A stretch of 64,000 bases of DNA from Candidatus Saccharimonadota bacterium (GTDB lineage: Bacteria; Patescibacteriota; Saccharimonadia; Saccharimonadales; Saccharimonadaceae), in contig JAUNAL010000001.1 of NCBI GenBank assembly GCA_030527585.1, positions 64,193 through 128,192 of the forward strand, in the 5' to 3' direction. The position numbers were made by a program, and so were the translations under genes. Every line of letters starts with the position of its first letter. Position 1 is the first letter of the stretch. The notes under the pieces were generated by a model, which saw only the letters and a program-made list of their open reading frames with translations, was not told the origin of the DNA and ran no database searches. Shown here piece after piece: positions 1-9,844 of this stretch.

Positions 1-388
1 CAAGCCCAATCTCTTTCAAAAGTTCCATTGCTCGTTTTCGAACCGCTTTTCGTTTACCAATGTGAAGCTTAAACGGAGCCAAAGTCAAGTTCTCCATTAC
101 CGTCAAATTATTTATCAAATTAAAATGTTGAAAAACCATTCCTACATCTTCTCGAATTTTCCGAATATTATGATCGGTCATCAAGGTATCTTTGTAGTAA
201 ATCTCGCCGGCGGTCGGCTCTTCCAAACGATTAATACAACGCAAAAAAGTTGATTTTCCTGAGCCGGACGGCCCCAAAATCACAACTCGTTCACCTTTCT
301 TCAGCTCAAAATTAATGCCCTTAAGAATTGGGTTATCGCCAAAAGACTTTTTTAGATTCTTAACTTTTATCAAAATTTCTTCGTTCAT
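1..388 (-). CDS. Polar amino acid ABC transporter ATP-binding protein (GlnQ-like), runs off the window edge
   Basis: Manual translation from 388: MNEEILIKVKNLKKSFG...GPSGSGKSTFLRCINRLE (Walker A) ...VGMVFQHFNL. Lies directly downstream of the permease. Absent from the ORF track because it is partial. Confidence 0.92.
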   Translation of the reverse strand, partial: MNEEILIKVKNLKKSFGDNPILKGINFELKKGERVVILGPSGSGKSTFLRCINRLEEPTAGEIYYKDTLMTDHNIRKIREDVGMVFQHFNLINNLTVMENLTLAPFKLHIGKRKAVRKRAMELLKEIGL

Positions 389-389
389 T

Positions 390-1094
390 TTATTCCTCCG
401 TCCTTGAATCACTTTTCCGAAAACTCTTCTCAACCCGCCGAACGATAAACGTAATCAAATAAATCGTTGCGAGATAGAATAGCGCCGCCACAAACATCGG
501 AACTACATAGCTTGCCATATTTTGCCCCGAACCAATATCCTTCGCCGCCATATTAAGATCATACATTCCAACCATTCCAACAATCGCGGTTTCCTTTAAA
601 ACTGTGATAATTTCATTTCCGAGCGACGGAATAATATTTTTAATTGCTTGCGGCGCAACGATTTTTCGCATGATTGTAAATTTCGAAAGCCCTAACGCCA
701 AACCAGCTTCAGTCTGCCCGCTATCAACCGACAAAATCCCCGCCCTGAAAACCTCCGCCGAATATGCCGCTGAATTTAGCCCGAACGCCAAAATCGCCGT
801 AATAATTCCTGGAAAATCTCGAATCGCAAAAATAATAAAGAACATAATGAACAGCTGCAACGCCATTGGTGTTCCACGGATAATTACTGTATAAGTTCGG
901 CAAATAAATTTCGGAATCGCCAGCCACTTCGACGGCTTTGCGGTATCAACCAAAGCAATGATCGCACCAAGCAAAAGTCCCAACAAAATTGCAAAATACG
1001 AAATTTGAAGCGTCAACCAAAACCCATGGAGCAGGGAATCGATATATTCCGGCGTTCCAAATAATTCTGCTACTTTTCCGATGAATCCTTCCAT
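390..1094 (-). CDS. Amino acid ABC transporter permease (GlnP/HisM family)
   Basis: RGTPM, AYSAEVFRAGI..V..GQTEAG.ALG (EAA loop) and hydrophobic helices. Confidence 0.93.
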   Translation of the reverse strand: MEGFIGKVAELFGTPEYIDSLLHGFWLTLQISYFAILLGLLLGAIIALVDTAKPSKWLAIPKFICRTYTVIIRGTPMALQLFIMFFIIFAIRDFPGIITAILAFGLNSAAYSAEVFRAGILSVDSGQTEAGLALGLSKFTIMRKIVAPQAIKNIIPSLGNEIITVLKETAIVGMVGMYDLNMAAKDIGSGQNMASYVVPMFVAALFYLATIYLITFIVRRVEKSFRKSDSRTEE

Positions 1095-1966
1095 TATTCT
1101 TCCTCCGATAACCCCATATATTTTATTATCAAGCGGTCTAGCTCCGACTCGCCATCTTCATTCTTCCAGGTCATCTCGGTCAAGACCTCGTTAAACGCCG
1201 CCAAAAGCTCTGGGCGATTTTTATTAACCGCAATTGCATATGATTCCTCAACTGGATAATCATCCTCAATCTTCGCGCCCTTAACATAAAGTGGCGCCGC
1301 TGCCAGCCCCGGGTTTTTGTCAACGATAAAGTTTGCCGCCAACTCGTCAATAATCGCATAATCAATGATGTGCGATAAAATTGCATCCGCCGAAAGCTGA
1401 TGCGACTCTAAGCCCTTAACCGTCGTTCCAGTATCCTTCAAAGAACCTTCTTCAATCTCAGCGTCCGCAAACAAATAGCCCGTACTTCCAGTTTGCGAAC
1501 CAAGAATCGTCCCAGCCAGTTCCTGCCAAACTACATGCCCGTCGCGCATTCGTGGTGGATTATTTTTGTCGTAAATCACATATTGCACGGAATTATAATA
1601 GGGAATCGTAAAATCAACTTTCTCTGCCCGTGCCTGAGTAATTGTCAGCCCGGCCGCCCCTGCATCGGCAATTCTGCCCGCCTCGACATTATCGATAATC
1701 ACATCAAATTCAACATTTTCAAGTCGGATTGTCTTGTTAAGCTTTTCAGCTACACGGTCAACAATCTCAACGTCTACCCCAACAATTTCTCTGCCTTCAT
1801 AGAATTCAAACGGCGCAAAAAAGGCATTTGTCTGAACTATATAGTCCGATTGCTCTCCTCCGGCGATTGTATAATATACGCTAACGCCCATCCCGATTGT
1901 CGCTAACGCAAAAATAGCCATCCAGAATGGCCAAACTTTTCGAATTTTTTTCCTCTTTTTGCTCAT
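1094..1966 (-). CDS. Amino acid ABC transporter substrate-binding protein (SBP family 3)
   Basis: FAPFEF..G..IVGVDVEI and TIT..R...VDFT.PY motifs; N-terminal TM anchor. Confidence 0.92.
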   Translation of the reverse strand: MSKKRKKIRKVWPFWMAIFALATIGMGVSVYYTIAGGEQSDYIVQTNAFFAPFEFYEGREIVGVDVEIVDRVAEKLNKTIRLENVEFDVIIDNVEAGRIADAGAAGLTITQARAEKVDFTIPYYNSVQYVIYDKNNPPRMRDGHVVWQELAGTILGSQTGSTGYLFADAEIEEGSLKDTGTTVKGLESHQLSADAILSHIIDYAIIDELAANFIVDKNPGLAAAPLYVKGAKIEDDYPVEESYAIAVNKNRPELLAAFNEVLTEMTWKNEDGESELDRLIIKYMGLSEEE

Positions 1967-1988
1967 GCTTAAATTATAGCATATATTT

Positions 1989-2064
1989 TGGTGACCCGGG
2001 TGCGAGTCGAACGCACAACCTCTTCCTTAGGACGGAATTGCTCTATCCATTGAGCTACCAGGCC
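1989..2064 (-). tRNA. tRNA-Arg(CCT)
   Basis: Reverse complement folds as a cloverleaf GGCCTGG...GTTCGACT...CCA with anticodon loop GT-CCT-AA. Confidence 0.93.
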
Positions 2065-2086
2065 AGAACTATGTTATAATTATACC

Positions 2087-3112
2087 ATGAAGTTGTCTCG
2101 AAAGAAAGAAGAGAAGAAAACCGAACAAGAAAAGGTCGACCAGCGTCGCGAAGAGGTCCTTGCTGCCGGTCGTAAATTCAAATATCCCCTTCAATGGACT
2201 AAACATCGCGTTGTTATCAATACCATTTTAATTTCTTTTGTCGTTCTTGGCATTCTGGTCACTGCAGGCTGGCTTGCGCTCTATCGTTTTAATATGACAG
2301 ACGACATGCTTTATCGTCTAACTAAAATTATCCCAGTCCCAGTCGCAACCGTGGACGGCAATAATGTTCGCTTCTCGGACTATCTAATGCTTTATCGTAG
2401 CAGCATCACATCAATTAACCGCCAGTCCGACCAAAACTTAGATGGTTCCGTCGACTCCATCCGCCCACAATATATGCGTATTGCTCTAACTGAATCGGAA
2501 CAGTTTACTTATGCCGAAAAACTTGCCAAAGAATTGGGTATTACCGTTAGCCAAGAAGAAGTTGACGCTGAATTTAAACGCCACCAAAACATTGGCGGGA
2601 TTGAGCGTTCCGAAGATGGTTTCATGAAGATTATTGAAGAGAATTTCGGTCTAAGTAGAAGCGAGTATAAACATATGCTTTACCTAAGCTTAATTAAGGC
2701 CAAAGTTGAAATTGAAATTGATGAGAGTGCAAGCTCTATCGCTAATCGCGTCGAAACCTTACTTGCTGAAAATAGCGGGAATTATACGGCAGTCGCGGAC
2801 GCACTTGGCGAGGAGATTGTCTATGAGGAAACTGGTGGCATGGTGAGTAGCCAAAACATCGATGGCGGTCGCGCAACCGAAGCCTTAAAGCTCGAGCCGG
2901 GACAACAGTCCGGTCGTTTCGTCTCAATTAACGGCGATGGTTATTATTTCGTCAAACTAGTTGCAAAAACCGAAACCGAAGTTAACTTTGTCTCAATTAA
3001 AGTTCCGTTTAATGAATTTGAAAAACGCTTTGCTGCTTTGCGAGAAGAAAACAAAATCTCCGAATTCATCACCATCCCAGCTGAAGACGAATCGGTTGAG
3101 GACGGATCATAA
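2087..3112 (+). CDS. Membrane-anchored SurA N-terminal / PrsA-like chaperone
   Basis: One TM helix, then VATVDG, AKELGITVSQEEVD (SurA_N-like) and a degenerate parvulin-like C-terminus. Confidence 0.7.
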   Translation: MKLSRKKEEKKTEQEKVDQRREEVLAAGRKFKYPLQWTKHRVVINTILISFVVLGILVTAGWLALYRFNMTDDMLYRLTKIIPVPVATVDGNNVRFSDYLMLYRSSITSINRQSDQNLDGSVDSIRPQYMRIALTESEQFTYAEKLAKELGITVSQEEVDAEFKRHQNIGGIERSEDGFMKIIEENFGLSRSEYKHMLYLSLIKAKVEIEIDESASSIANRVETLLAENSGNYTAVADALGEEIVYEETGGMVSSQNIDGGRATEALKLEPGQQSGRFVSINGDGYYFVKLVAKTETEVNFVSIKVPFNEFEKRFAALREENKISEFITIPAEDESVEDGS

Positions 3113-3142
3113 AATATTGTTAATACAGAGGAGGAAAACCCC

Positions 3143-3546
3143 ATGGAAGAAACCTACAAATTCTTAAAAGAAAACACCCAGGTTAATTATCTATCAACAA
3201 TTAACGGAGATAAACCTAGTTGTAGACCGTTTGGTGACCCGATAATGGCAGATGGTAAAATATAATTATCACCAATAAGCATAAAAATGTCTCAAAGCAG
3301 TTAGCGGAAAATAATAATGTTTGTATTGTGGCATATGATGGGCAAGAATGGATCAGGATTGATTGCCAATTAATAGATGACAGTCAAAATATTAAAGTCA
3401 AACAGGCGGTCATCGAGGAATTTGAATGGGCGATTGAGGCCGGTTATACACTGGATAATCCCGAATTTCAAGTATTGTATATATCGAATGCCAATTCGAC
3501 AATTTACGACGAAGAGGGGAACGCTCTAAAACAATTTAAGTTCTAG
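3143..3546 (+). pseudogene. Pyridoxamine 5'-phosphate oxidase-family flavin-binding protein, frameshifted
   Basis: SD GAGGAGG, then MEETYKFLK...YLSTINGDKPSCRPFG...DGKI-stop (3263-3265). The frame resumes after an apparent 1-nt deletion as IITNKHKNVSKQLAENNNVCIVAYDGQEWIRI to the stop at 3546. Confidence 0.8.
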
Positions 3547-3551
3547 GCGAT

Positions 3552-3573
3552 AAAAAATGCCTCCGAAGAGGCA
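3552..3573 (-). terminator. Rho-independent terminator
   Basis: TGCCTC-cgaa-GAGGCA hairpin preceded by A6, which is a U-tract on the minus strand. Confidence 0.65.
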
Positions 3574-3909
3574 GGCTATTCACACTGGTGCACGACTTTA
3601 ATTAAAGTTCGTACTCTTTTATCATACCATAGTTAATCCCATTATATATTTATATTAAATTAGATAAAGGGGAAAACATGGGGAAGTAAAACTCCCACGC
3701 CCTGCTTTTTCTTTTGATACCCCTGCGACACCCGCAGGGTTCGCAAGCCCGCAAGGCTGCTTTATTTAACGGTGTATCCGTCGTTAAAATCTCCACTAAT
3801 GTTTGCTATCGTTATGGCGTACGCTATCATTTTATATGCTGCGTGCCAGCAAATAAAACTAGCACTAGAACGTTCCTGCAAAGAACTTGAGCTCGTAAGC
3901 AAAAAACTT

Positions 3910-5040
3910 CTATGCCCGATCGCTATCCTTTTCCTGGACCTCCCGGAATAAAAGCTCCTCAATGACTTGTTGAACCTTACGCTTTATCGTACGGGCATTT
4001 TCTCCCGATGCGAGAATGAGGGGGCTAACTGCGGCGTATACCATCTCAGGGGCTAATTTGTCTGAATATTCATCTTTTCTCGCCGAGATCTCATTTTTAA
4101 CAATTTCATAAATAGTATCACCATCAAAGTCGTCAAAATGAACAAATTTATTAATTCTATAGAAAATGGGTAGACCTAAATGCTGTTTCATGTCTTCTTC
4201 CGTGTGATAATTAGAAGTGAGAATAATCACGATCCCAGAGGTATCTACGTCATAGATAGCATCTTTAAATTCAACGTTATCAAATAGCGTGTAAAACGCC
4301 GAAAAGAAATAGTCGGGACATTTATCTAATTCGTCAAAGAAAATTAAATTTGATTCTCGTTCTAATAAATCAAACCCAAGGCTACGCCGGTTAGGGGCAT
4401 CGCCAAAGAAGTACTCAGAATAGCCATTGTTTTTAAACATAGACAAGTGTTTTTCTAGTTGCTTTCCGCCAAAAAAATTTTCTGCGATCTCGCGCACTAG
4501 CTCTGTTTTTCCAAGACTGCTATTCCCGTAAAGCATAATCACATAAGGCTTCTTTCTTTTTACAATAGTAAGATACCATAAACTTTTGCTAATTTCCTCT
4601 ATCGCCGCTTGTTGCCCGAATATTTTTGAAGATATTTTTTTCATCTTCGTGGCGAATACGGAGGGGTTGCGCACCATTGAATAATCTTCAAGCGATGTGT
4701 CCAGCTCGATTGTCGAACAGGATCGTTGGTTTCTTAAATACTCTTTCAAAATGCGAGGGGGATTGTGCAAGTATATTTCAGCGGACGCTGTCGTCAGATC
4801 CTCGATAAGCGGTCCAAGTCTGTCATGTGCAGTATTAACAATGCCGTGATAATTATCGTTTTTAACTACCAGTACATTTGCTCGCTCATCAATTGTGCGA
4901 CCATTTTGTCTTGCGGCGTCTGATAGTCTTACCAACTCCAAGAACGAATTTGCAGCATTGCTTTCTTGGGAATCTGGTAATTTTGATTCAAAAAAAGCCC
5001 TAGATCCAATAATTATATGATATTTACGTTTATCTTTCAT
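3910..5040 (-). CDS. ClpB-like AAA+ ATPase, putative Dodola DolB
   Basis: IFGQ..AI, Walker A variant LYGNSSLGKTEL, Walker B IFFDELDK, IIILTSN, NARTIKR. Start placed at the ATG at 5040, overlapping the upstream stop. Confidence 0.75.
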   Translation of the reverse strand: MKDKRKYHIIIGSRAFFESKLPDSQESNAANSFLELVRLSDAARQNGRTIDERANVLVVKNDNYHGIVNTAHDRLGPLIEDLTTASAEIYLHNPPRILKEYLRNQRSCSTIELDTSLEDYSMVRNPSVFATKMKKISSKIFGQQAAIEEISKSLWYLTIVKRKKPYVIMLYGNSSLGKTELVREIAENFFGGKQLEKHLSMFKNNGYSEYFFGDAPNRRSLGFDLLERESNLIFFDELDKCPDYFFSAFYTLFDNVEFKDAIYDVDTSGIVIILTSNYHTEEDMKQHLGLPIFYRINKFVHFDDFDGDTIYEIVKNEISARKDEYSDKLAPEMVYAAVSPLILASGENARTIKRKVQQVIEELLFREVQEKDSDRA

Positions 5041-5830
5041 CTGATTCTGGTATCTCCGCGGTGACACACGCATATAGGACATCATAAAGCATCACGCCAT
5101 CTTCTTTCTTCTTATTGGTATCGGCACTATGTTTTGAATGACCTTTTCTTGTCTTGGAAGGGTATAGTTCCGCTAAAGTCCTTGGTTTTTCTGCGGATGA
5201 AACTAGCCGCTCCATTCGTCTGACCTCTTCGATAAAATCAAAGCGGCTCCTATTAAGCGAACCGACCGGGATACAATATAGCGTCATAGTCGTAGTGAGT
5301 AAATCATTCCGTTTGTAATTGCTTACAAACGCAGAGTTGTTAAAACGAACGTAAGTCTCATCATTTATTTTATATGTGTCATAGCCATCATAGCTGTCCA
5401 TAACGGTCTTAAATTCCTCCGTGTTTACTCCTTCGACGCCACCTTTTAGGATTTTCAGATATCCACCTGCGACGCGGAGAGATGTAGAGGAGTTTTCGAT
5501 ATCCAAGATTTGAACATTATGCATAGGGATTAGCGAAGGTTTTAGTTTTTCAAACTCAGAAATTTCTGTTGAAGAAATTGTCGTTGTATTACCACAACTC
5601 GCAGCGTATGCGGCTTCTATCCTGCCAGTGAGTAGAAAAGAAAGTCTCGCAATGAATGGAGCATTGAGCTTTAACTTTGTTGACGCCTCTGCCACCATCG
5701 ACCCCGTGGCTCGTGTAGAGAGGGACGAATTTGTTTCACTCGAAAGTACGCCATGATTGTATTCTTGCAAGATATTATTAATAGTTTCTTTATCAAAGTA
5801 TATAATCTTATTTACAGTATTTTTAGCCAT
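5030..5830 (-). CDS. DUF6414-like protein, putative Dodola DolA
   Basis: N-terminal KIIYFDKETINNILQ resembles DUF6414; coupled to a ClpB-like ATPase inside a defence island. Confidence 0.65.
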   Translation of the reverse strand: MAKNTVNKIIYFDKETINNILQEYNHGVLSSETNSSLSTRATGSMVAEASTKLKLNAPFIARLSFLLTGRIEAAYAASCGNTTTISSTEISEFEKLKPSLIPMHNVQILDIENSSTSLRVAGGYLKILKGGVEGVNTEEFKTVMDSYDGYDTYKINDETYVRFNNSAFVSNYKRNDLLTTTMTLYCIPVGSLNRSRFDFIEEVRRMERLVSSAEKPRTLAELYPSKTRKGHSKHSADTNKKKEDGVMLYDVLYACVTAEIPESDER

Positions 5831-6069
5831 CTTTTTCTCTCATAATAGATAATTGTTAAACAAAAAATAATCCACCACCTTATTATATATTATAACATAT
5901 TTTTATATTGATTCAACGGACGAGAATATTCTCCCCGAAATTCTAATTCTTATTCGTTACTTTATACAGATGTCGCAACAGGTCGTGTTGAACTAGTGCA
6001 TTAAATATGGCGGCAGCCAAAATATGTAGTATAATTATAATCACAATATTAAAAAGGAGGATAAAAGCA

Positions 6070-7059
6070 ATGTCTATGAAAATAGTGTCTCTATTTTCTG
6101 GAGCTGGAGGCTTGGACCTCGGATTCGAAAAAGCCGGATTTGATATAATCTGGGCCAACGAATTCGACAGAAAAATATGGGAAACCTTTGAGCGTAATTT
6201 CCCAAATACTAAACTAGATAGAAGAAGCATCACGGATGTCTCAGTTGAGGATATCCCAGATTGTGATGGAATTATTGGCGGACCACCATGCCAAAGCTGG
6301 AGCGAAGCAGGAGCTGGTAGGGGAATTAACGACAAGAGGGGGCAACTTTTCTACGACTATATTCGTATATTAGAGACAAAACAACCGAAGTTCTTTTTAG
6401 TCGAGAACGTTTCTGGTATTATTAGCTCCAGGCATAAAGAATCATTTAGTAGGTTTTTGGAGCTTTTTGAGGGATGTGGTTATGACATTAGTTGGAAGCT
6501 TGTTAACGCAAACGATTATAATGTGCCTGAAGACAGGGAAAGGGTGATTATAATAGGAGTCCGAAAAGATCTAAATAAAAAATTCGTATTTCCAGAGCCA
6601 CAAGAACATAAGCCGAACCTAAAAGATGCAATTGGCGATTTGCCGGAAGCAACACCAGCATTGGAGAAAAATAAGACGAACGGAGAACTCACTATTAAAA
6701 ATCACGAGTATATGATTGGCGGATTTTCCCCGATTTACATGTCTCGCAACCGTGTAAGGACTTGGGAGCAGCCGTCCTTTACTATCCAAGCCGGTGGTAG
6801 ACAAGCCCCAATTCATCCAAAAGCTCCATTGATGCGAAAAGTTGGTAAAGACAAGCAAATTTTTGCTCCAGGGCATGAGGACAAATATCGTAGGTTAAGT
6901 GTCCGAGAGTGCGCGAGAATCCAGACTTTTCCGGATTCGTATATTTTTTATTACAACGAAATCGCCGATGGCTATAAGATGATAGGTAATGCTGTGCCTG
7001 TTAATTTAGCCTTCGCTCTTGCGACTGAAATTAAAAAGCAATTAAAGGAGGCAAAATGA
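6070..7059 (+). CDS. C5 DNA cytosine methyltransferase, M.HaeIII-like (probably GGCC)
   Basis: SLFSGAGG, GGPPCQSWS, ENV, MSRNRVR target-recognition region, YKMIGNAVP; SD AAGGAGG at 6054-6060. Confidence 0.93.
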   Translation: MSMKIVSLFSGAGGLDLGFEKAGFDIIWANEFDRKIWETFERNFPNTKLDRRSITDVSVEDIPDCDGIIGGPPCQSWSEAGAGRGINDKRGQLFYDYIRILETKQPKFFLVENVSGIISSRHKESFSRFLELFEGCGYDISWKLVNANDYNVPEDRERVIIIGVRKDLNKKFVFPEPQEHKPNLKDAIGDLPEATPALEKNKTNGELTIKNHEYMIGGFSPIYMSRNRVRTWEQPSFTIQAGGRQAPIHPKAPLMRKVGKDKQIFAPGHEDKYRRLSVRECARIQTFPDSYIFYYNEIADGYKMIGNAVPVNLAFALATEIKKQLKEAK

Positions 7060-8024
7060 GCGATAAAAGTAATAATCAAGGTCGTGCGTTTGAATATATC
7101 TTCATACACACACTGAAGTTCGAAGTAGAAAAGAGAAGGCTTGTTGAAATTGAAGGCAATAGTAGTCTTATCGCCGCCGAAAGAGCGTGGAATTCTCTAG
7201 ACGAAAAGACACAAAGTAATCTAAAAGAAGGAGCTACGGCGGTCTGCTCTACCTTGTTCGACGTAGAGCCATTGTTGATAGAACCGAATGACGAACCTTT
7301 AACCTTAAAGATTCAGCCAGATGATGCTGGAGTTGCCGGAGACGTACGCGATGTTCTAGCCTCATATAAAGATAGAAAATGGGAGATAGGTTTTAGCCTA
7401 AAACATAATCATTTCGCAGTAAAACATAGCCGTCTTTCAAAGAACTTAGATTTTGGGAAGTCTTGGTATGGAATTGAATGTTCAGACGAGTACTGGAAAA
7501 ATATCAAACCTATATTTAGTTCCCTAGAGCAGTTCAAGAATGAGCAAAAAGAGTGGAAGGACATACCGGATAAGGCAAAGAAAATCTACATACCACTGCT
7601 AGATGAGTTCGCCGCAGAGCTAAAGAGGGCAGACGAAAATAATGATGTTGATGTACCTGCAAAGCTAGTGGAATACTTATTGGGTAAGTTCGATTTCTAT
7701 AAGATAGTCAGCCAGGATACCGATAGAAATACCAAAATCCAAGCGTATAATCTTCATGGAGAACTTAATAAGAAGAGCAGCATATCATCCCCAGCCTTGA
7801 TAGTACCGGTTACGGAGCTGCCAACTAGAATAATTCACATAGGCAGAATCCCGGATAGCGACAACACGGTAGAATTAGCTCTAGACAAAGGATGGCATTT
7901 TACTTTTCGCATCCACAGCGCATCGACCAAGGTTGAAACTAGTTTGAAATTCGATATTAGGATAATTGGAATACCTACCGCAATTGTTACTATAGATTGC
8001 CCATGGCAGTGTGATGCATATTAG
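7056..8024 (+). CDS. HaeIII-family type II restriction endonuclease
   Basis: SNNQGRAFEY, GDVRD, EIGFSLKHNHFAVKHSRLS, FRIHSAS..V..SLKFDI; ATGA overlap with the MTase. Confidence 0.88.
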   Translation: MSDKSNNQGRAFEYIFIHTLKFEVEKRRLVEIEGNSSLIAAERAWNSLDEKTQSNLKEGATAVCSTLFDVEPLLIEPNDEPLTLKIQPDDAGVAGDVRDVLASYKDRKWEIGFSLKHNHFAVKHSRLSKNLDFGKSWYGIECSDEYWKNIKPIFSSLEQFKNEQKEWKDIPDKAKKIYIPLLDEFAAELKRADENNDVDVPAKLVEYLLGKFDFYKIVSQDTDRNTKIQAYNLHGELNKKSSISSPALIVPVTELPTRIIHIGRIPDSDNTVELALDKGWHFTFRIHSASTKVETSLKFDIRIIGIPTAIVTIDCPWQCDAY

Positions 8025-8052
8025 ATAAACAAAAAAACACCCCAAAAGGCGT

Positions 8053-8127
8053 TGGTGCGGGTACAGGGAGTCGGACCCTGGTCTCATCCTTGGGAAGGAT
8101 ACATAATAGCCGTTATACGATACCCGC
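8053..8127 (-). tRNA. tRNA-Gly(CCC)
   Basis: Cloverleaf GCGGGTA...TT-CCC-AA...TACCCGC-A-CCA; T-loop reads TCCGACT. Confidence 0.92.
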
Positions 8128-8176
8128 AACTACCCCTATTATATCATAATTCTTTAAGATATGGTATAATAATTTT

Positions 8177-9844
8177 ATGCAAGAGATTCAAAGCGAGTTA
8201 AAAAATTTGATCAAAAACCTTTACGGGCTAGATTTTGAGCCGGAAGTTACTCCTTCTCCCGAAAACATTCCCGCCGACTTCTCCTCGAACGCTCCACTAA
8301 AACTCGCCAAGGAACTCCATAACGCTCCAATCGAAATCGCTGAAGAACTCGCCGAAAAAGCCACCGAAACCGAGAATCTAAAAGCCTTTAATTTAACCGT
8401 CACCGCTCCTGGCTTCCTTAACTTTATCGCATCAGACGAATACTTAAACACCAAAATCGCCGATTTAGACCAAGATTTCGCTAAAGATATCTCATCAGAC
8501 GAATATTCCGGTAAAACCGTCATCTGCGAATTCTCCGACCCAAACCCCTTCAAGGTCCTCCATGTCGGTCATCTCTATACCTCAATCGTCGGCGACTCAA
8601 TCTCAAAACTCTACGAATATGCTGGCGCCAAAGTTATTCGCGCGAATTTTGGTGGTGACGTTGGCCTCCACGTCGCAAAAACCATGTATATTTTAATGCA
8701 GAAAAACCCGAACGAGCTAACCATTGAAGACATCGCGAAATGTTACGTCGAGGGAACTGCCGCCTACGAAGAAGACGAGCAGGCAAAACAGGAAATTACG
8801 AAGCTTAACAAAGAAATCTATAAAATCAATTCCGAAAATCTCCACGATACCGCCCTTGCAAAACTCTACTGGCAAGGTCGCGAACTCTCCTATGCCTACT
8901 TCAACGATTTTTACGCGCGAATCGGTCTCAAATTTGATAAATACTACCCAGAATCGACCGTCGCCGGGCTTGGTCTCAAGACCGTCAAAGAACAACTTGA
9001 AAAAGGCGTTTACGAATTGTCCGACGGCGCTGTTATTTTCGATGGCGAAAAATACGGTCTCCATACCCGCGTCTTCATCAACAAAGAAGGCGTCCCGACC
9101 TACGAAGCAAAAGATGTCGGTCTCATTTTCACTAAATGGAACGACTACCATTTTGATAAATCCATCGTCATCACTGGTAACGAACAGCTCGAATACATGA
9201 AAGTTGTCCTAAAATCTGTCGAACAATATGCGAAAGATCTCGTCGAAAAAACTAGCCACCTAACTCACGGTCTCGTTAAACTCCCAGGCAACGTCAAAAT
9301 GTCCTCTCGGAAAGGAAACTTCCTAAAAGCCGTCGATGTTCTTAATCTTATCGATGAAGCCTTGAAATCTGAATATAATTCCGAAGACAAAACCGTCGCA
9401 CTCGCCGCAACGAAATATGCTTTTTTGAAGTATAAAATGGGCGGCAATATCGTCTTCGATCCAAACGAATCCGTCAAAATGACTGGAAATTCTGGTCCAT
9501 ACTTGCTTTATTCTGCCGTTCGCGCGAAAAAAATCCTCGAAAAAGTCGGTGAATCCTCCCAAGACAAAAATTCCGCCGGAGAGCTAAACGACCAAGAGCG
9601 CTCGCTTGCTAAGAAAATCTTGCTCTATAAGGATGCCCTGAACGAAGCCTTAAATGAAATGGCACCACATCGTCTCGCGACTTATCTTTACGAAGTTGCC
9701 CAGGATTTTTCAAGGTTCTACGAAGCTTGCCCAGTCTCTGGCAGCGAAAAAACCGCAACCCGTAAAAAGCTCGTTAAAGTCTACCTCGATGTGATGACCC
9801 ACGGCTTAAATATTCTTGGTATCAATACCCCGGAGGAAATGTAA
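8177..9844 (+). CDS. argS: Arginine--tRNA ligase
   Basis: EFSDPNPFKVLHVGH (HIGH), KMSSRKG, GNSGPYLLY. Confidence 0.97.
   Translation: MQEIQSELKNLIKNLYGLDFEPEVTPSPENIPADFSSNAPLKLAKELHNAPIEIAEELAEKATETENLKAFNLTVTAPGFLNFIASDEYLNTKIADLDQDFAKDISSDEYSGKTVICEFSDPNPFKVLHVGHLYTSIVGDSISKLYEYAGAKVIRANFGGDVGLHVAKTMYILMQKNPNELTIEDIAKCYVEGTAAYEEDEQAKQEITKLNKEIYKINSENLHDTALAKLYWQGRELSYAYFNDFYARIGLKFDKYYPESTVAGLGLKTVKEQLEKGVYELSDGAVIFDGEKYGLHTRVFINKEGVPTYEAKDVGLIFTKWNDYHFDKSIVITGNEQLEYMKVVLKSVEQYAKDLVEKTSHLTHGLVKLPGNVKMSSRKGNFLKAVDVLNLIDEALKSEYNSEDKTVALAATKYAFLKYKMGGNIVFDPNESVKMTGNSGPYLLYSAVRAKKILEKVGESSQDKNSAGELNDQERSLAKKILLYKDALNEALNEMAPHRLATYLYEVAQDFSRFYEACPVSGSEKTATRKKLVKVYLDVMTHGLNILGINTPEEM

Larger units (their letters stand above)
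3586..8052. mobile_element. Defence island abutting the tRNA-Gly 3' end; no integrase seen
   Basis: Four defence-type genes, with a strong SD on the MTase unlike the leaderless core genes. TGGTGC at 3586-3591 repeats the tRNA 3' end at 8053-8058. Confidence 0.55.

Noticed and set aside
2025-2035. CTA anticodon (amber suppressor) reading of the tRNA at 1989-2064
   Set aside because: The stem register places CCT at positions 34-36, with T33 and A37, giving tRNA-Arg
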